From Vermamoeba vermiformis (Eukaryota): a stretch of 64,000 bases of DNA. The position numbers and the translations under genes were made by a program. Below are positions 1 through 12,422 of the stretch, piece by piece (the stretch's first letter is position 1; the number at the start of each line of letters is the position of its first letter). A model generated the notes under the pieces. It saw only the letters and a list, made by a program, of their open reading frames with translations. It ran no database searches and was not told the DNA's origin. The DNA lies in contig JBEWZL010000276.1 in NCBI GenBank assembly GCA_045837725.1, positions 310,001 to 374,000 of the forward strand. The letters are read 5' to 3'.

Positions 1-541
1 ATTCTGGTGATAGTGACTCTGATGCTTCAGGTCCAAGTTCTCCAAAGAAGCCAGGCTAAACAGGCCCACAGACCAAGCAACATTGCCTCATTCATAATCT
101 TATCTATACTAGCAATATATCACTACATATAACATAAATAAACAGATTTTATCAAATACCAAAAGTTGTCCGGAAACAAATAAAGTATGTTGGGCATAAA
201 GTATGTCCAGTACATCCATGACAGACATACCATCCGGGACACTCAAGAACGAGTGGATGTGAGGTCTGTGGTCCAATTTTTTCAGATGGGACAATTGCCA
301 GAGCAACTTTTATAATGCTCCCTACAAGCAAACAGAGTAAATTTCATTATTAGACTTCACTGGACACCCTGTCCCGTGTGGAAATACAATGCTGCTTCCT
401 GTCTGTATCTTTGCCCTACCTTAAGGGCTAACCCATTAGCATATCCAGATATATTTGTTCCATAAAGTACTAATGTTTGAGTCATCTACCAATAGAACCA
501 GATTGTTGATCATGGTTTGTTCCTCAAAACGGAAGAGGTGT

Positions 542-2470
542 TTATTTGCTTTGTTTAATTTCCAACTTGATATTTTGGTGTGCAAATTTGGCAGCCTCCT
601 CAGCGACCTTCATCGCCTCCAACAACTCACTTGAGTTCGTGGTGAGTGGTGCAGTCAGGTGCTGGTTGAAGACATCCTCCACGTAGTGTTCGTTGCGCAT
701 GCCAATCAACATGCAGTCTACAGGTGTTGACAGCACTGCATTGGTGGCCACCAGTGACAGTGAATGCAGCTGTGGCGCACGTGAGGCAAATGCAGGTGTC
801 TGAATGACAGCGCGGTACACGTGACTGGCCTGTTGATAGCGGTGCTGGGCCAGCAGGGTGAACAGTGTGCTCCACAGTCGCTCGAGGGCGCGCTGATACT
901 GCTGCAGCCAGGTCTTGAACTCGCTGCTCTGTGGCAACTTGCCATCATCGCCGAGCACGTGATTCAAGTGCGGGGCAACACTGTCGCGAATGAACGACTC
1001 GAACTTGTAGAGGTCAAAGTACGACAGGTGCTTGTGCAGTGTGTGCGCGACATTGATCTGCGCGTCAGGCACGTGATAGGCCGTGGTGGTGGCATACTCT
1101 TGTTCTAATTTTAGCGCATGTTCGAATGCAGCGTGCAACTCCGTAGTTAAGTCTTTGCCTAAATTTAACGGAGTAAGTACGGATCATTTCCTAATTAGGC
1201 AATCACTCACCAGTGGGCTGGATCTCAGGGATCACGAGCCGCGCGAGCTGACCATCAACCAGGGCATTGAGTGGTCGATTGGACAGCGTGACTAATTTGG
1301 CTTGCTGTCGCAGATGTCAGCGATGACACGTGTCACATGTCACAGTGCGTACCTTGGCGCGCTCCACGAGTGACAGTTGACCATTCGTTGACTGCAGTGC
1401 GTCGTGTTCGAGCAAATTGAGCGGGAACTGAATCACGCGGAAGTGATGTTCGTTGCCCTTGACTTTTTTGGCAATGTTGAGCATGCGATCGAGATCGAGC
1501 TGATCACGTGACCAGACATTCGAGGACACGCCGTAGAATTGAATTCTTCCGCGCGCGACTTCCTTTTCGAGCGCTGCAAATGCCTGTTCGAGCGTCGCTT
1601 CCCACACCTGCAAAGATGTATCTGGCCGGAGATAGTGCTCGGGATTGTGCAGGAGATACACGTCCAATGTTTCCAAATTTAGCCGCGCCAGTGTTTGCGT
1701 CAATTGCTGTTCGATCCAGGGCGCGGAGAGACAGTACCACATCTGCTCGGACAATTTTACCATATCTGGAAATGCCTGGCCCTTCGACTCCTGATCACGT
1801 GCCCACTGCAGATTTGAATTCTGCACATAACCAAATTTGGAAATGACAATCAGTTCGTCGCGCTGCACGACCTTGAGATGGCGCGTCATTTCATGAATCA
1901 CATCGCCGATCACGTGCTCGCTGCCACCGTCGGAATAATTCGCGCTGGTGTCAATCACATTGCAGCCCAGCTCCAGTGCGCGCATGCTAAATTAGGCAAG
2001 TCAGTCACGTGATGAGTGTCAGAACGAGCACGCACAGCGCGTGATAGTGACCGTGATCGTGCACGCGATACGCGCCAAAACCCACGTGACTGGCCGTCCA
2101 GCCCATCGACCAGGGCCGGAGATGTTCCGCGCTGAGTGCTGCGTGGAGCTGACGCGTGGCAGAGTGGTGGTGGCCGTGGTGATGCGCGGTGTTGTTATTA
2201 GCATTGTTCTTATTATTATTGCTAGTAGCGACGAGTTCAAAGCGGCGCTTAGTGCCAGCAACAGATGCACCGCCCGCGAGGGGTTTGGGGGCACTGTGAT
2301 GACGCACTGGCAATACTGTGAGCTCGTGGTCGTGTGGTAAAGTGCGTGGTATTAATAGCAATATTATTGATAATATTTGAAATATTATTAGGGGATTTAT
2401 TGGAGGTACCTTGCTTGAAGAACAGATTCAATTTGGAAATTGACGCTACGACTCGAGTTACACGCTGCAT
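542..2470 (-). CDS. Aldo/keto reductase family protein, multi-exon, with a possible N-terminal targeting peptide
   Basis: GFGAYR, IDTSANYSDGGSE, ISKFGY and LDVYLLHNPE AKR motifs; exons join through GT-AG introns. Confidence 0.8.
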
Positions 2471-2680
2471 GATATGCTCTAATATATTTATATACTGCGC
2501 ACGAATGATCTTCAAGTCGTGTGGTGTTTCAATCGCGACAGACAGAAGAATCAGATTCAGATCTGGTACACGGACACGGGAGTGACTGAAACAGTGCCTT
2601 AAGAGGCGAGTCGAGTGACTACATCAACAACTACCACCACCCGTGTGTTATTGAATATACATTGCTCGTTTTATTGTTCT

Positions 2681-3103
2681 CTAGCGCGGATCGTTGATCG
2701 GCGGCAGAGGTCGGTACTGCGTTACATGCGCGAATAGGCGCTGCTTGATGATGCGTCCATTGCGGGCAGGGACATTCGCGCGCTCGAAGCACACGTAGCC
2801 ATTCTGCAGCGCGAACAGCGTGTGATCGCGACCCATGCCCACACCTTGACCTGGATGTACCTTGGTGCCGCGCTGTCGCACGAGTACATTGCCAGGTCCG
2901 ACCTCCTCGCCTGCTGTCACTTTGAGACCGAGGTACTTGGGATTGCTGTCGCGTCCGTTCTTGGACTTGCCGCCTGACATTTTGGTGGCCCATCTGACCT
3001 GCAGATTGGGCAGTGGTGCCGCACTGAATGCAGAGCAGACTACAGGCCTAGTATTGGCATATTGTTGCGAGTTGAGTACTGTCTTGACTACTGCGCGGAA
3101 CAT
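2681..3103 (-). CDS. MRPL27: Mitochondrial ribosomal protein bL27m
   Basis: [24 protein letters not shown]...[12 protein letters not shown]...GRDHTLFA is the L27 signature, preceded by a presequence. Confidence 0.93.
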   Translation of the reverse strand: MFRAVVKTVLNSQQYANTRPVVCSAFSAAPLPNLQVRWATKMSGGKSKNGRDSNPKYLGLKVTAGEEVGPGNVLVRQRGTKVHPGQGVGMGRDHTLFALQNGYVCFERANVPARNGRIIKQRLFAHVTQYRPLPPINDPR

Positions 3104-3314
3104 GTTCTGTAAGGAAGGGATTAGATCTGCTCTCGTGCCAAAGAGTGGTGTATTATTGCAAGGAATATTGCGCGGTAATTATTGATGTATAATGCACACT
3201 AGTGTAGTATTAATAATAGCGATTATAACGAGCGTAATGCTGGGGTCAGGGAAAATAATAATTGAAAATAAATTAATTATTGATAATACATAGTAATATT
3301 TAAAATCATACAAC

Positions 3315-3341
3315 AATAATAATAATAATAATAATAATAAT
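3315..3341. repeat. (AAT)9 microsatellite in an AT-rich intergenic region
   Basis: Read directly from the sequence. Confidence 0.9.
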
Positions 3342-3909
3342 TGATCGTATTGCTTAGCAGTGCACAGGTATTTGTTATTATTATCGGACACTATAATGGT
3401 ACGCTGGATCTGCACTCACCACTATTATCTACTACTATTGCAATGAACTATCAACGGTGATATCTACAATACTATAGCACTAATGGCCTATATTAACAGC
3501 GTGGTTATATATGCACCAGTGGTGTTCACTGTCAGTTTGCAATGAAGTTGTTGTTTGTCAAATCCGCACTTGAACACCACGACTGGTGCGTTTACTCGAG
3601 TCTTGATGCATTAATACGCGATATTATCAATATTAAATACACGGCTTGGTGGCGAGTTATTCGAACCGCACGATGGAGCGTCACTCGCAGTGGTTCAAGA
3701 TCGAGGTACGATGGCACTGAAGGCGGATCAAGTCTCACGCAACGGCGTTAAATTGACCACTTATATATTAATACAAGAGCTCTACCGCTCTGTGAGCTAC
3801 TAATATTCATATCAATACTGCAGAATTAATAATTCTGTACCACGAAATATTTTTTATAAAATTTATTTCCAAATTAGACACGACCCACTGACCACGTGAT
3901 TTCTACCAG

Positions 3910-6165
3910 GGCAATGTCTACACTAAGGGCACACTGCGCATGCGTGAACAGCGCATTGACACGCACTGCAAACAACGCGCAGTGACACGTGTCAAACTGT
4001 GCACTGACCACACGTGCAGCTGTGTCAACCAGGGCTACGAGTGCGCACGTGAGGTACAGGTGTCAGAGGAGGAGGTATACGCGTCACGTGATCAGCTCGG
4101 CAACACGTGTCCGCACTGTGGCTGCAATGGACTCTGTCAAAATCGATCTTTGCAGTTGTTGCACGAGTCACGTGTCAGACTTGAGGAGTGTGGTCCGAAC
4201 CTCGGTTTGACACTTGTCACATGTCAAGCTGTACCACCAGACACAGCGCTAATTGAATGGCGCGGAGTAGTGCTGGTTGACACGTGTCATTTGACAGGTG
4301 TCACTTGCCCTGCTCGACCAACACGTCACGTGTATCACTGCAAGCACGATCAGCTCGTGATTGACAGCACCATATTTGGCAATGAGGCGCGGTTCATTCG
4401 TCGCACTGCTGACTCCCGTTCAGTGAACTGCAGACTCGTGGAAAAATTCATCGGGGAAGAACTCCACGTGATTGTTGCCAGCAAGTGTCACATTGAAGCT
4501 GACACGCCGCTGTATCTCGACGAGAAACAATTCGAGCGGAACAATTTTCAGCCAAGGCAAGGTTCAGCACGTGCCCTGGTGAGCATGGCAGAGATCGATG
4601 AAGATCTGCAAAGTATACTCGTAGATTTGCAGAAATTTCGATTGGCGTCCGAACCAAATATGGACATGGAGGAGATCACCATTGAGGATGAAGTGCCAGT
4701 GCCTAATTTGGAGGTGATCACCATCGAGGATGAAGTGCCAGTGCCTAATTTGGAAGAGTCACGTGCCACACCAAGCACGTCTAACACTGAGCAAGTGACA
4801 CCTGTCACAGTTGATCCAGAATTCGAGTTGACATATGGATACGTGTCACGTGATCCGTTTCAGCGCCTCAAAGAACTTGAAAAGCAGTTGACAGTGTCAT
4901 CCGGTGTCAATCACGCAGATGTCAATCACGCAAGTGTCAATGACCTACTCGCAGCGAATGTCGATCACGTGCCACTCAACATCAATGTGCTGCTAGCAGA
5001 GCTCAAGCAGTGGCGGCGCACCTACGAATTGAATCTCGCTACGAGATCGCTCGTACATATGCCATATTTGGAAGAGTACCACAAACTCGCGGAACAATTC
5101 AATCACGTGCCCGTATTTGGTGCTCAAACTTCGCTGGGGCTCATCGCACTGCTCAAAAATCACGTGACAACAATGTTCCGCTTCAATGGTGGCACGTGTC
5201 GCATGTCATTCAGCGATGCGGAACAACTCCTCACATGTCTCGAACAAGATCTCCGCTGTCCTTACTGTCACGCAGGTCACTCCACCCCTCTGTGTGACAC
5301 GTGTCAATCACTGCGCACCGATCCGTCCGAACTTCACTTTGACAGGTACGCGCCAACAAAACAGTCAATCTTTGCAAGTCTGCGTGCCAAATCGGGCAGT
5401 GAATGGTTGCAAGAATTTGTCGTGAAAGAAATTCCACAGAAACAACCGCTTCCCACGAGTTTGGTGGCACTCGAATTGTGGCACGTGGAGCACTTTGACA
5501 CCGCTAACCTGTCACGTGCTCTGGTGGCACTCACTAACCTCCGCGTGCTGCGATTGAATGGCACGCGCATGCAGTGGACAGCAGCGTTGACAGCACTGCC
5601 ACTCTGGGAACTGCGCCTCAAACATTGCAAGAATTTGTCGTCACGTGACTTGCAGCTGATTGGTGGCATGACGACACTGCGCTGTCTCGATTTGACGGGC
5701 TCAGCGATGCACGTGACACACGCGTTCAGTGAACTGCGCGAGCTGAAAGAGTTGCAACACTTGACGCTGGACGACACTTCAGTGAACGACGCTGGCCTGT
5801 TGCCACTGCTGCTGACCTTGCCGCTGGTGACACTCAGTGTGCAGCACTGTGCCGCACTGCACCTCACGACCCTGGCACACCTGTATCACATGACTGCCCT
5901 GCAACAGCTCAGACTGGCACAGTGCCACGTGAATACACCGCTAGTGACGGTGATGCTGACACATCTGTCGTGCTTGACTTATTTGGATGTGATGAACGTC
6001 AATCTCAAAGTGACACCCAGTCTCGTGGCAGTGCTGTCGTACGATGACACCAAGGTCCGACACGTGGATTTGCGCGGCTGTGCGATGGACAGCGCGGAGC
6101 GGACCAAACTGAACATACTGGGCCCCACCCTGGCCTCCGACCAGCATCGAACTGTGCTGTACTGA
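3910..6165 (+). CDS. Degenerate SET-domain protein with Cys-rich pre-SET-like region, CxxC pairs and C-terminal leucine-rich repeats; 5' exons uncertain (probably ~3670-3790)
   Basis: LIEWRGVV, IDSTIFGNEARFI, VNCRL and LHVIVASKCHIEAD are SET-like; LRVLRLNGT, LRCLDLTG and LQHLTLDDT are LRRs; likely acceptor ctaccag at 3909. Confidence 0.7.
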   Translation, partial: GNVYTKGTLRMREQRIDTHCKQRAVTRVKLCTDHTCSCVNQGYECAREVQVSEEEVYASRDQLGNTCPHCGCNGLCQNRSLQLLHESRVRLEECGPNLGLTLVTCQAVPPDTALIEWRGVVLVDTCHLTGVTCPARPTRHVYHCKHDQLVIDSTIFGNEARFIRRTADSRSVNCRLVEKFIGEELHVIVASKCHIEADTPLYLDEKQFERNNFQPRQGSARALVSMAEIDEDLQSILVDLQKFRLASEPNMDMEEITIEDEVPVPNLEVITIEDEVPVPNLEESRATPSTSNTEQVTPVTVDPEFELTYGYVSRDPFQRLKELEKQLTVSSGVNHADVNHASVNDLLAANVDHVPLNINVLLAELKQWRRTYELNLATRSLVHMPYLEEYHKLAEQFNHVPVFGAQTSLGLIALLKNHVTTMFRFNGGTCRMSFSDAEQLLTCLEQDLRCPYCHAGHSTPLCDTCQSLRTDPSELHFDRYAPTKQSIFASLRAKSGSEWLQEFVVKEIPQKQPLPTSLVALELWHVEHFDTANLSRALVALTNLRVLRLNGTRMQWTAALTALPLWELRLKHCKNLSSRDLQLIGGMTTLRCLDLTGSAMHVTHAFSELRELKELQHLTLDDTSVNDAGLLPLLLTLPLVTLSVQHCAALHLTTLAHLYHMTALQQLRLAQCHVNTPLVTVMLTHLSCLTYLDVMNVNLKVTPSLVAVLSYDDTKVRHVDLRGCAMDSAERTKLNILGPTLASDQHRTVLY
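4675..4754 (+). repeat. Two-copy 42-bp in-frame tandem duplication (ITIEDEVPVPNLE x2)
   Basis: atcaccattgaggatgaagtgccagtgcctaatttgga recurs at 4675 and 4717. Confidence 0.95.
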
Positions 6166-6264
6166 CCGTGCAGCTCTTGTATTGATCTCGCAGTGTATCT
6201 TTTAGTGTAAATAGTTTGTTTATTCAAGCACATTGGGGTGCATAACCTTCATTACTTGCACTAT

Positions 6265-9200
6265 TTAAGGGGCATATTGCTGCAACAGTGCGACAAGAGG
6301 CAACTGTGCGAGCGAGGGATCAGCAGCCACAGCGCGCGTGAGGGCAGGTTGTATCTTGCTCTTGTGATTGAGATTGGCTGCCACTAGCGCCTGAATGACG
6401 TACAGCACCGCGGGGACTGCGTGCTGATGTTGCGCACAGTGCTGCACGAGCTCGTCACAACTTTTGAGTGCCTTGAGGTACTGCAGAGCATTAGCACCGA
6501 GGCTAGTATCACTAGTATACGATCACCCTACCTGTTCAGTGCGGTACTGCCACTCAATCTGCTTCAGGGTCAGTGACACGTAGTCCACGGAAGAATTGCG
6601 GAAGAACCCCCGAGCTCGCGTGAAACACTCGAGGACAGCAGCGGACTGGCCCTGCGAGCTGTAGTGCTGTGCGAGCTGCAGCCACGTGACACGATTGCGC
6701 GGATCAGTGCGCAGGGCCTGCAACAACGCCGCCTTGCTCTGCTTGTCTTGTTGTGGGTGGACGAGTGACAGCTGACGTGAAGTGTCACTTTGAAGCTTGC
6801 GCTCGAGTGTCAAGTGCGACAGCTCAGTGAGCAGTGCTGCAGCGCGCTCTCGATGCGTCACGTGCTCAGTGGTGACAGCCAACAACACGTGTATGTGTGA
6901 CAGCATCAATTTGAAGCACGTGACGTAGTGCGCGGGCAGGTGATGATGTTGACACGTGTCAAACAGCGTGTTGAGCTGATGCACGGTGTGTTCAGTCACG
7001 TGATCTGAGAGCAGTGCAGCGGAATAATGACACGCGGCGAGAAGGAACCACGCGACAGCATCACGTGGCTCGTGGTGCAACAGTTTGCTGGCCCAGGACT
7101 TGGCGCGCAGCACAGCACTCATGCGCACGTGCTTCTTCTCGCGCCCACTCATCAGCAGCGACACCGTGTCGAGTTTGAGGGCCTCTTGCAGTTCTGCTGT
7201 CGCATTCGTGTCGTTGAGTTCGGTACTCCTTTTTTGGGCATTGACCGCGCGGAACAATGCCACACGATTGGAGACCTCCAGCGCTAATTGGGGCTGCAAA
7301 TCAGACATTGCCTTATTTAGAATCAGTCGGCGCAAGTGACCCCAGAGCAGCATGTCATCAGGTGACTTGTGCACGGCCCTGATCAGCTCTTTGACAGCAG
7401 CGGAATAATTGTTCTGGAATCGGTTAGCGGAACATTCTATTTTTAGCATCGCTTACCTTCGCCACGTGCCAGTGCGAGTTGAGCAAATTGACGGCCGTAT
7501 TGAGTGGATCGGTGAGTGACACTTGGTGGCACTTTGACACGCATTCACTGAACATCTTCTCGTCCTCCGTCAGCACCGCAATCACTGCGCCAAAAATAGC
7601 TGCATCGCTGTCACGTGTCACAGTGGTAGCCACGTATTTCTTGAGCTCATCGAGATCGGTCTTCTTTCCTTTTTTGGCAATGCTGTAGCGCAGCTTGATA
7701 CTCAGGGTGTCAATCAGCTTTGCCATATTTGGTGCTGCCTGTCGTGCTTGACCTAATATAGTAACTGCAGCGGGAAGATCGCCAGCAGTGACACGTGCCA
7801 GTGCCAAATTTAGCAATACGTCGACGGATGCAGTCTGGTCCAAGGAGCTATAAATAGCCAGCGCCTCGTCGTTGACACTCGTTGACTGAGTGCGATGAGC
7901 GATCTGCGTCAACACGCGCGCTAAATTTAGCTTCAATGTGTGCTGATGTTGCGCGGAATAACTCTTAATTTCCGCTGCTGTCACTGCTATCCTCAAATAG
8001 CGCAGTGCGGACTGCAGGGAGGCAAGGGCAGTGTCCGATCGATCGGTGCTGCACGCGAGGTCTAAAAATAGCACCGCGAGCTGATTGAGTGCTGTCACAT
8101 CTGTCACGTGCCGGTCCAAGTACTGCACGGCGGCGAGTCTAATTTTAGGAGTGAGCGGCTGTTGACGTTGATGCGTGACATATGTCATCAGCTGCACTGC
8201 AAGCGATTGGTTCGGATCGAGATCGTGGGCATTGACCAAATAAGGCAATACCTGATCCGCGTGGTCCTGCGACAGGCGCGACAAGATGACAGCCAGTGTC
8301 GTCCACGTGGCCGCGTCACCAGGGTCCACGCGCAGGGCATCGCGCAGCACTGACTCGCACAGCTTGACGTGCACTGCGGAGCTATTTTTAGCGCGCAACA
8401 GAGTGCGAGCTGACAGCAGTGCCACATTGCACAGTGCTGCCACCTGTCGTTCACTGAACCGCGCTGCCACGATGAATGCATGCTGTGCCTTATTTAGCAA
8501 TGTGTGATCACGTGACTTGTGTTCGCGAGTGCGGAATAATTGTGCCAGTACGCAGCCGAGGGCTGTCCAATAGCGCGCCAATTTGTCACGTGACGGGGTG
8601 GCAGATTGCTGCTCGAGATCGATCGCTGTTTTGAAGTGTTGTTCCGCTTGTGCGAGTGATTGGTCTGCAGTCACGTGATCGCTGAGTTCGAGTGCAAAGA
8701 CTGCCTGAAAATAGAAGTTGACAGCGAGATCTGCGTACAAATCTGCGCGGTCTTTTTCGAGCTGAATGGCGCGCAAATAGGACTTGGTGCCCGCCACGAG
8801 CTTGTCTTTCACTGAACGGTAATGTTCCGCCACTGCATCACGTGACAGATCGGTGTGGTGATGGCGGAACAAATAGTGTTGCGTGTAAATGTCACCGAGC
8901 AGCTTCCACACGGAGATCAAGTGCGCGTGACCGAGCACGTGCGCTTTGTTCAAAATCTCCTCGGCGAGATTGAGCTGATCACGTGCTTGACGGAATCGAC
9001 CTTCCTTAAATAGCTTGCGCATCAACAACAAGCTGCTGTTGGCCACACCTAGCGCGCGGTCAATACAGCAGTGCGGCTATTAATAGCGCAATGTACTTAC
9101 CTTGAATGGCGAGCTGTTGGTACGCGCTCTGCAGCACGTGATTGGTCACGTGACTCTCGTGCAGACATTTGCTGTACTCGTCACGTGCTTCTTCGATGAA

Positions 9201-12172
9201 TCCGAGGCGCAGTTTGATATTGCCAATTATGGTAGCAGTCCAGTGCGCGTAGAGCTGTTGATCACGTGACTCAGAACTCAATTCTTTGGCCCGTTCTGCC
9301 ACGCGCAGTGCTGCTGTCAACTTGCCTTGACGTCTGCGGGTGACATCAGTACCTGACCACAATGCCCAAATTAGGCAATCGCATACCTGTAGCACTCAGC
9401 GAGCGACAGCCAAGCTTTGAGGTGTCGCGGTTGTTGGCGGAGAAATTTCTGGAAATTGTTGACAGCATTGACATAGTCCGCAGCCCGCTAGTACGCGTGA
9501 GTCACGTGACACATTAAGAGGAACACTTACCAAATATAGCAATCCGAGTGGAAAGAGTGTCCACGTGGCATTGACAGCGTGCGACAGCTCGTTCAGCAGT
9601 GCAATGCAGTGCTGCAAGTCACGTGACGGGTCTTGGAGCCAGGCGGACAGCAGACGAGTGCCAGCGAGCGGACTGACCAGTGCCAGCAACGTGTCATCGC
9701 GTGTCATTGGATCACCGCCGTGGTGATAGTGCACGAGACGACTGTTGGACAGCAACACGCGCAGAGCACGCAGCCAGGACTCGACAGCAAGTGCTCTATT
9801 TTTAGGCACAATCGCCCCGACAGTGTGGTACCACTCGCCGAGCAGACACCACGCGAGTGACACGTGCTGGAACAAGAACGGGGCGTGTGCAGTGAGCGAG
9901 AGATCGAGTGCGGTCAACAGCTGTTGGTGGCACATCTTGCGACTGTCTCCGCCCAGCCAGAACTGCAGTCGCGCCAGTGTCACGTGATATTCTATCGCCT
10001 CTTCGTCTTCGCGGTGACGGTGGCGCAGTGTCACGTGTTCTTTCGCGCGCTCTTGCATCACGTGATCGATGGCACGTGTCAGTGCAGCCTTGGTGTTCAT
10101 CAGTTCGAATAGATCCTCTTTGGTCAGAGTTTTCGCTGAAATTTCCTCATCAGTCGGCATGCGCGCATCACGAGCCTGACTGATCTGCGCAGCGGGAGAA
10201 TTGAGCACGTGATGCAGATAGTGGTTCTGTTCGCGGAGTACACTCGGCAATGCGCGACACCATGCCAGTCGCGTGTGAATCACGTGATAGTCCTCGTCCT
10301 GTTCGTCTACCAGGGCACTCAACTTGGTGTAGAGCTGCGTGGCCGTGCTGAGATCGCGCGTGAGATAGGAGATGTGCGCCATGCCCTTCAAGCCCTGCAC
10401 ATTCTCGCTGTCGTACTTGAGCACGCTGGACCAGATCTGCTTCACGGCCGTCAACTCACTGCGCGCCATGGCACACTCCGCGAGCAGCACGTGATACTGC
10501 ACCCAAAATCGGCTGTGCAGCACTGCTTGGTGACTCGCGCGCTGTTTGATCACTTCGAGGCCGCGCTTGGCCAGTTCAATGGCGCGCACGTAGTTCTTGC
10601 TGTCTAAAAATAGCCTTGCGAGACAGTAGAGTGCCATCAAGCTGTCATTCGTGTCACGTGCCTGTTCCTGGTGGTGTGTCAAAATTGACATTGCTTTGTG
10701 CAACAATTCATTTCTATAATGGGCTGCGTGCTGTGGTCGTCTGATACTGTCACGTGTCAGCTCTGGGACAGGTGTTGCTATAAATAGATACAGCGCGGCT
10801 AAATAGAGCCAGCCCAAACGTTGCGGAGGCAGCAATGAAATACCAAAAATAGGCTCGTCTGTGAGTTCAGTGACAGCAGGATAATAGCGCAAGAATCGCT
10901 GAGTGACACGTGTCACATCTGGCCACGTGATCGGTGTGTCATCACGCTCAAAGAGTGTCAAGTAGTACAAATAAGGCAATGGCGAGTGTTGCGGGTGTTT
11001 GTTGATGAATGTTTGCAAATATTCTATCAGCTGTTTCAGCAAAGGTGCGGCTTTGACAGGTGTCAATGCAGTGAGTTGCAGCTGTCGCATCAAAAATGTC
11101 GTGTACTGCAACAATACTGTCAAATAATTGTCACCTGATTCTGACAGCAGTGTTTTGTACAGCTGTTCCGTCTAAAATAGGCAAGTGTCAATCGATAGTC
11201 AGTGAATGAACTGCGTCCAATCCTACCTGCGCGAAATCACGTGTCAAAATGTCATTCAAGTACTCGTAGCGGCGGTCATTCACTGCGCTGCGTATTTGTT
11301 CGTAACGGGCACGACGATTCTCTTCGCCAATGTCAATCTCTTTCTTGACACTCGCGTCACGTGCTTTATCACGTGTCTCGCTCGCAGGTGCACTCATGAC
11401 ACCTGTCACTTGCGCGATGAGCACCGTGTCATCGACGTCAGTGAACTCTTTGCGCGCCCATATGATGAGCAGCTTGAGTGTCTCTTCGTGCTGACTCTGT
11501 TCGCGCACGTGACGCAGTTGGGACAGTGCTGCGAGTCGCTCTTTGACACCTGTCTCACTCGTGTCCCCGCTCAATGACGCAATCAAGGTCTGCAAATGAG
11601 TCTGGGCCTGTGTTGCCGTCAGTCAGTCCCTCAGTCGCTACACCCCCCACACTACGTACCGCAGTCCAGCTCTTGTTCTCGAGGCAGCTGCTGATCACTT
11701 TGCTGAGCGTGGCTTTGTACTTGGCGTGCGCGGGACTGGTGGGCAATTAGCATCGCTGTGTAGTGCATATGGAGTACTCACCCCATGATGTCGAGGATCT
11801 TGTCATAGGCCTCCGCGAGCTTAGTCTTATTGTTGGTTTTGGAATACAGATCCGCCAGACCCTTTTTTATAAAATATTAGCATATGGTAAATTATTTAAA
11901 AATCTTTTGCAATCGATTTTGTGGTGACAATTATGCCCAATACACACCTGCCAAGCCACAATATTTTTGGGCTCCAGTTGTGTAGCTTGGATGTAGGCCT
12001 GTTCACCCTTCTGCACTTGTCCGAGATTGTATTGCGCCAATCCACTAAATATAAATGCGTTGTAATTATTTTTGTCCAATTCTAAGGCTTGTTGGGCGTA
12101 TTTGAGAGCTGAGGCCCAATCTTTGGCATCTAAAGCCTTACGCGCATCTTTCAGCGCAGCGTTAGCACTCAT
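6265..12172 (-). CDS. SKI3: Large TPR protein, Ski3/TTC37 superkiller complex subunit, multi-exon
   Basis: N-terminus ALKDARKALDAKDW...LELDKNNYNAFIFSGLA...AYIQATQLEPKNIVAWQ; QGKLTAALRV segment; TPRs throughout. Confidence 0.8.
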
Positions 12173-12422
12173 GATCTACGAGTCTATAGATGTGGTGCTA
12201 ATGGTTCAAACGTTTCTACTTTGCGTAACTACAAGCAAACAAAAACTTGTCGTCACAAGCCGCGCACAAACATCAGTCCTCCATGTAACACTATAATAAC
12301 GTCATTTAACACTATAACACAGTTCCGCACTTTATTTCGCACGATAAATCAAACACACTCCCAAAACTGTCCGCATCTATCCTCGAAACAAAGCTTAATG
12401 TCGCGTTCGAACCACTCGAGCT

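Noticed and set aside
3889-3891. In-frame TGA upstream of the SET ORF as possible readthrough or selenocysteine
   Set aside because: It lies in the CTGAC branch-like site of an intron ending at 3909
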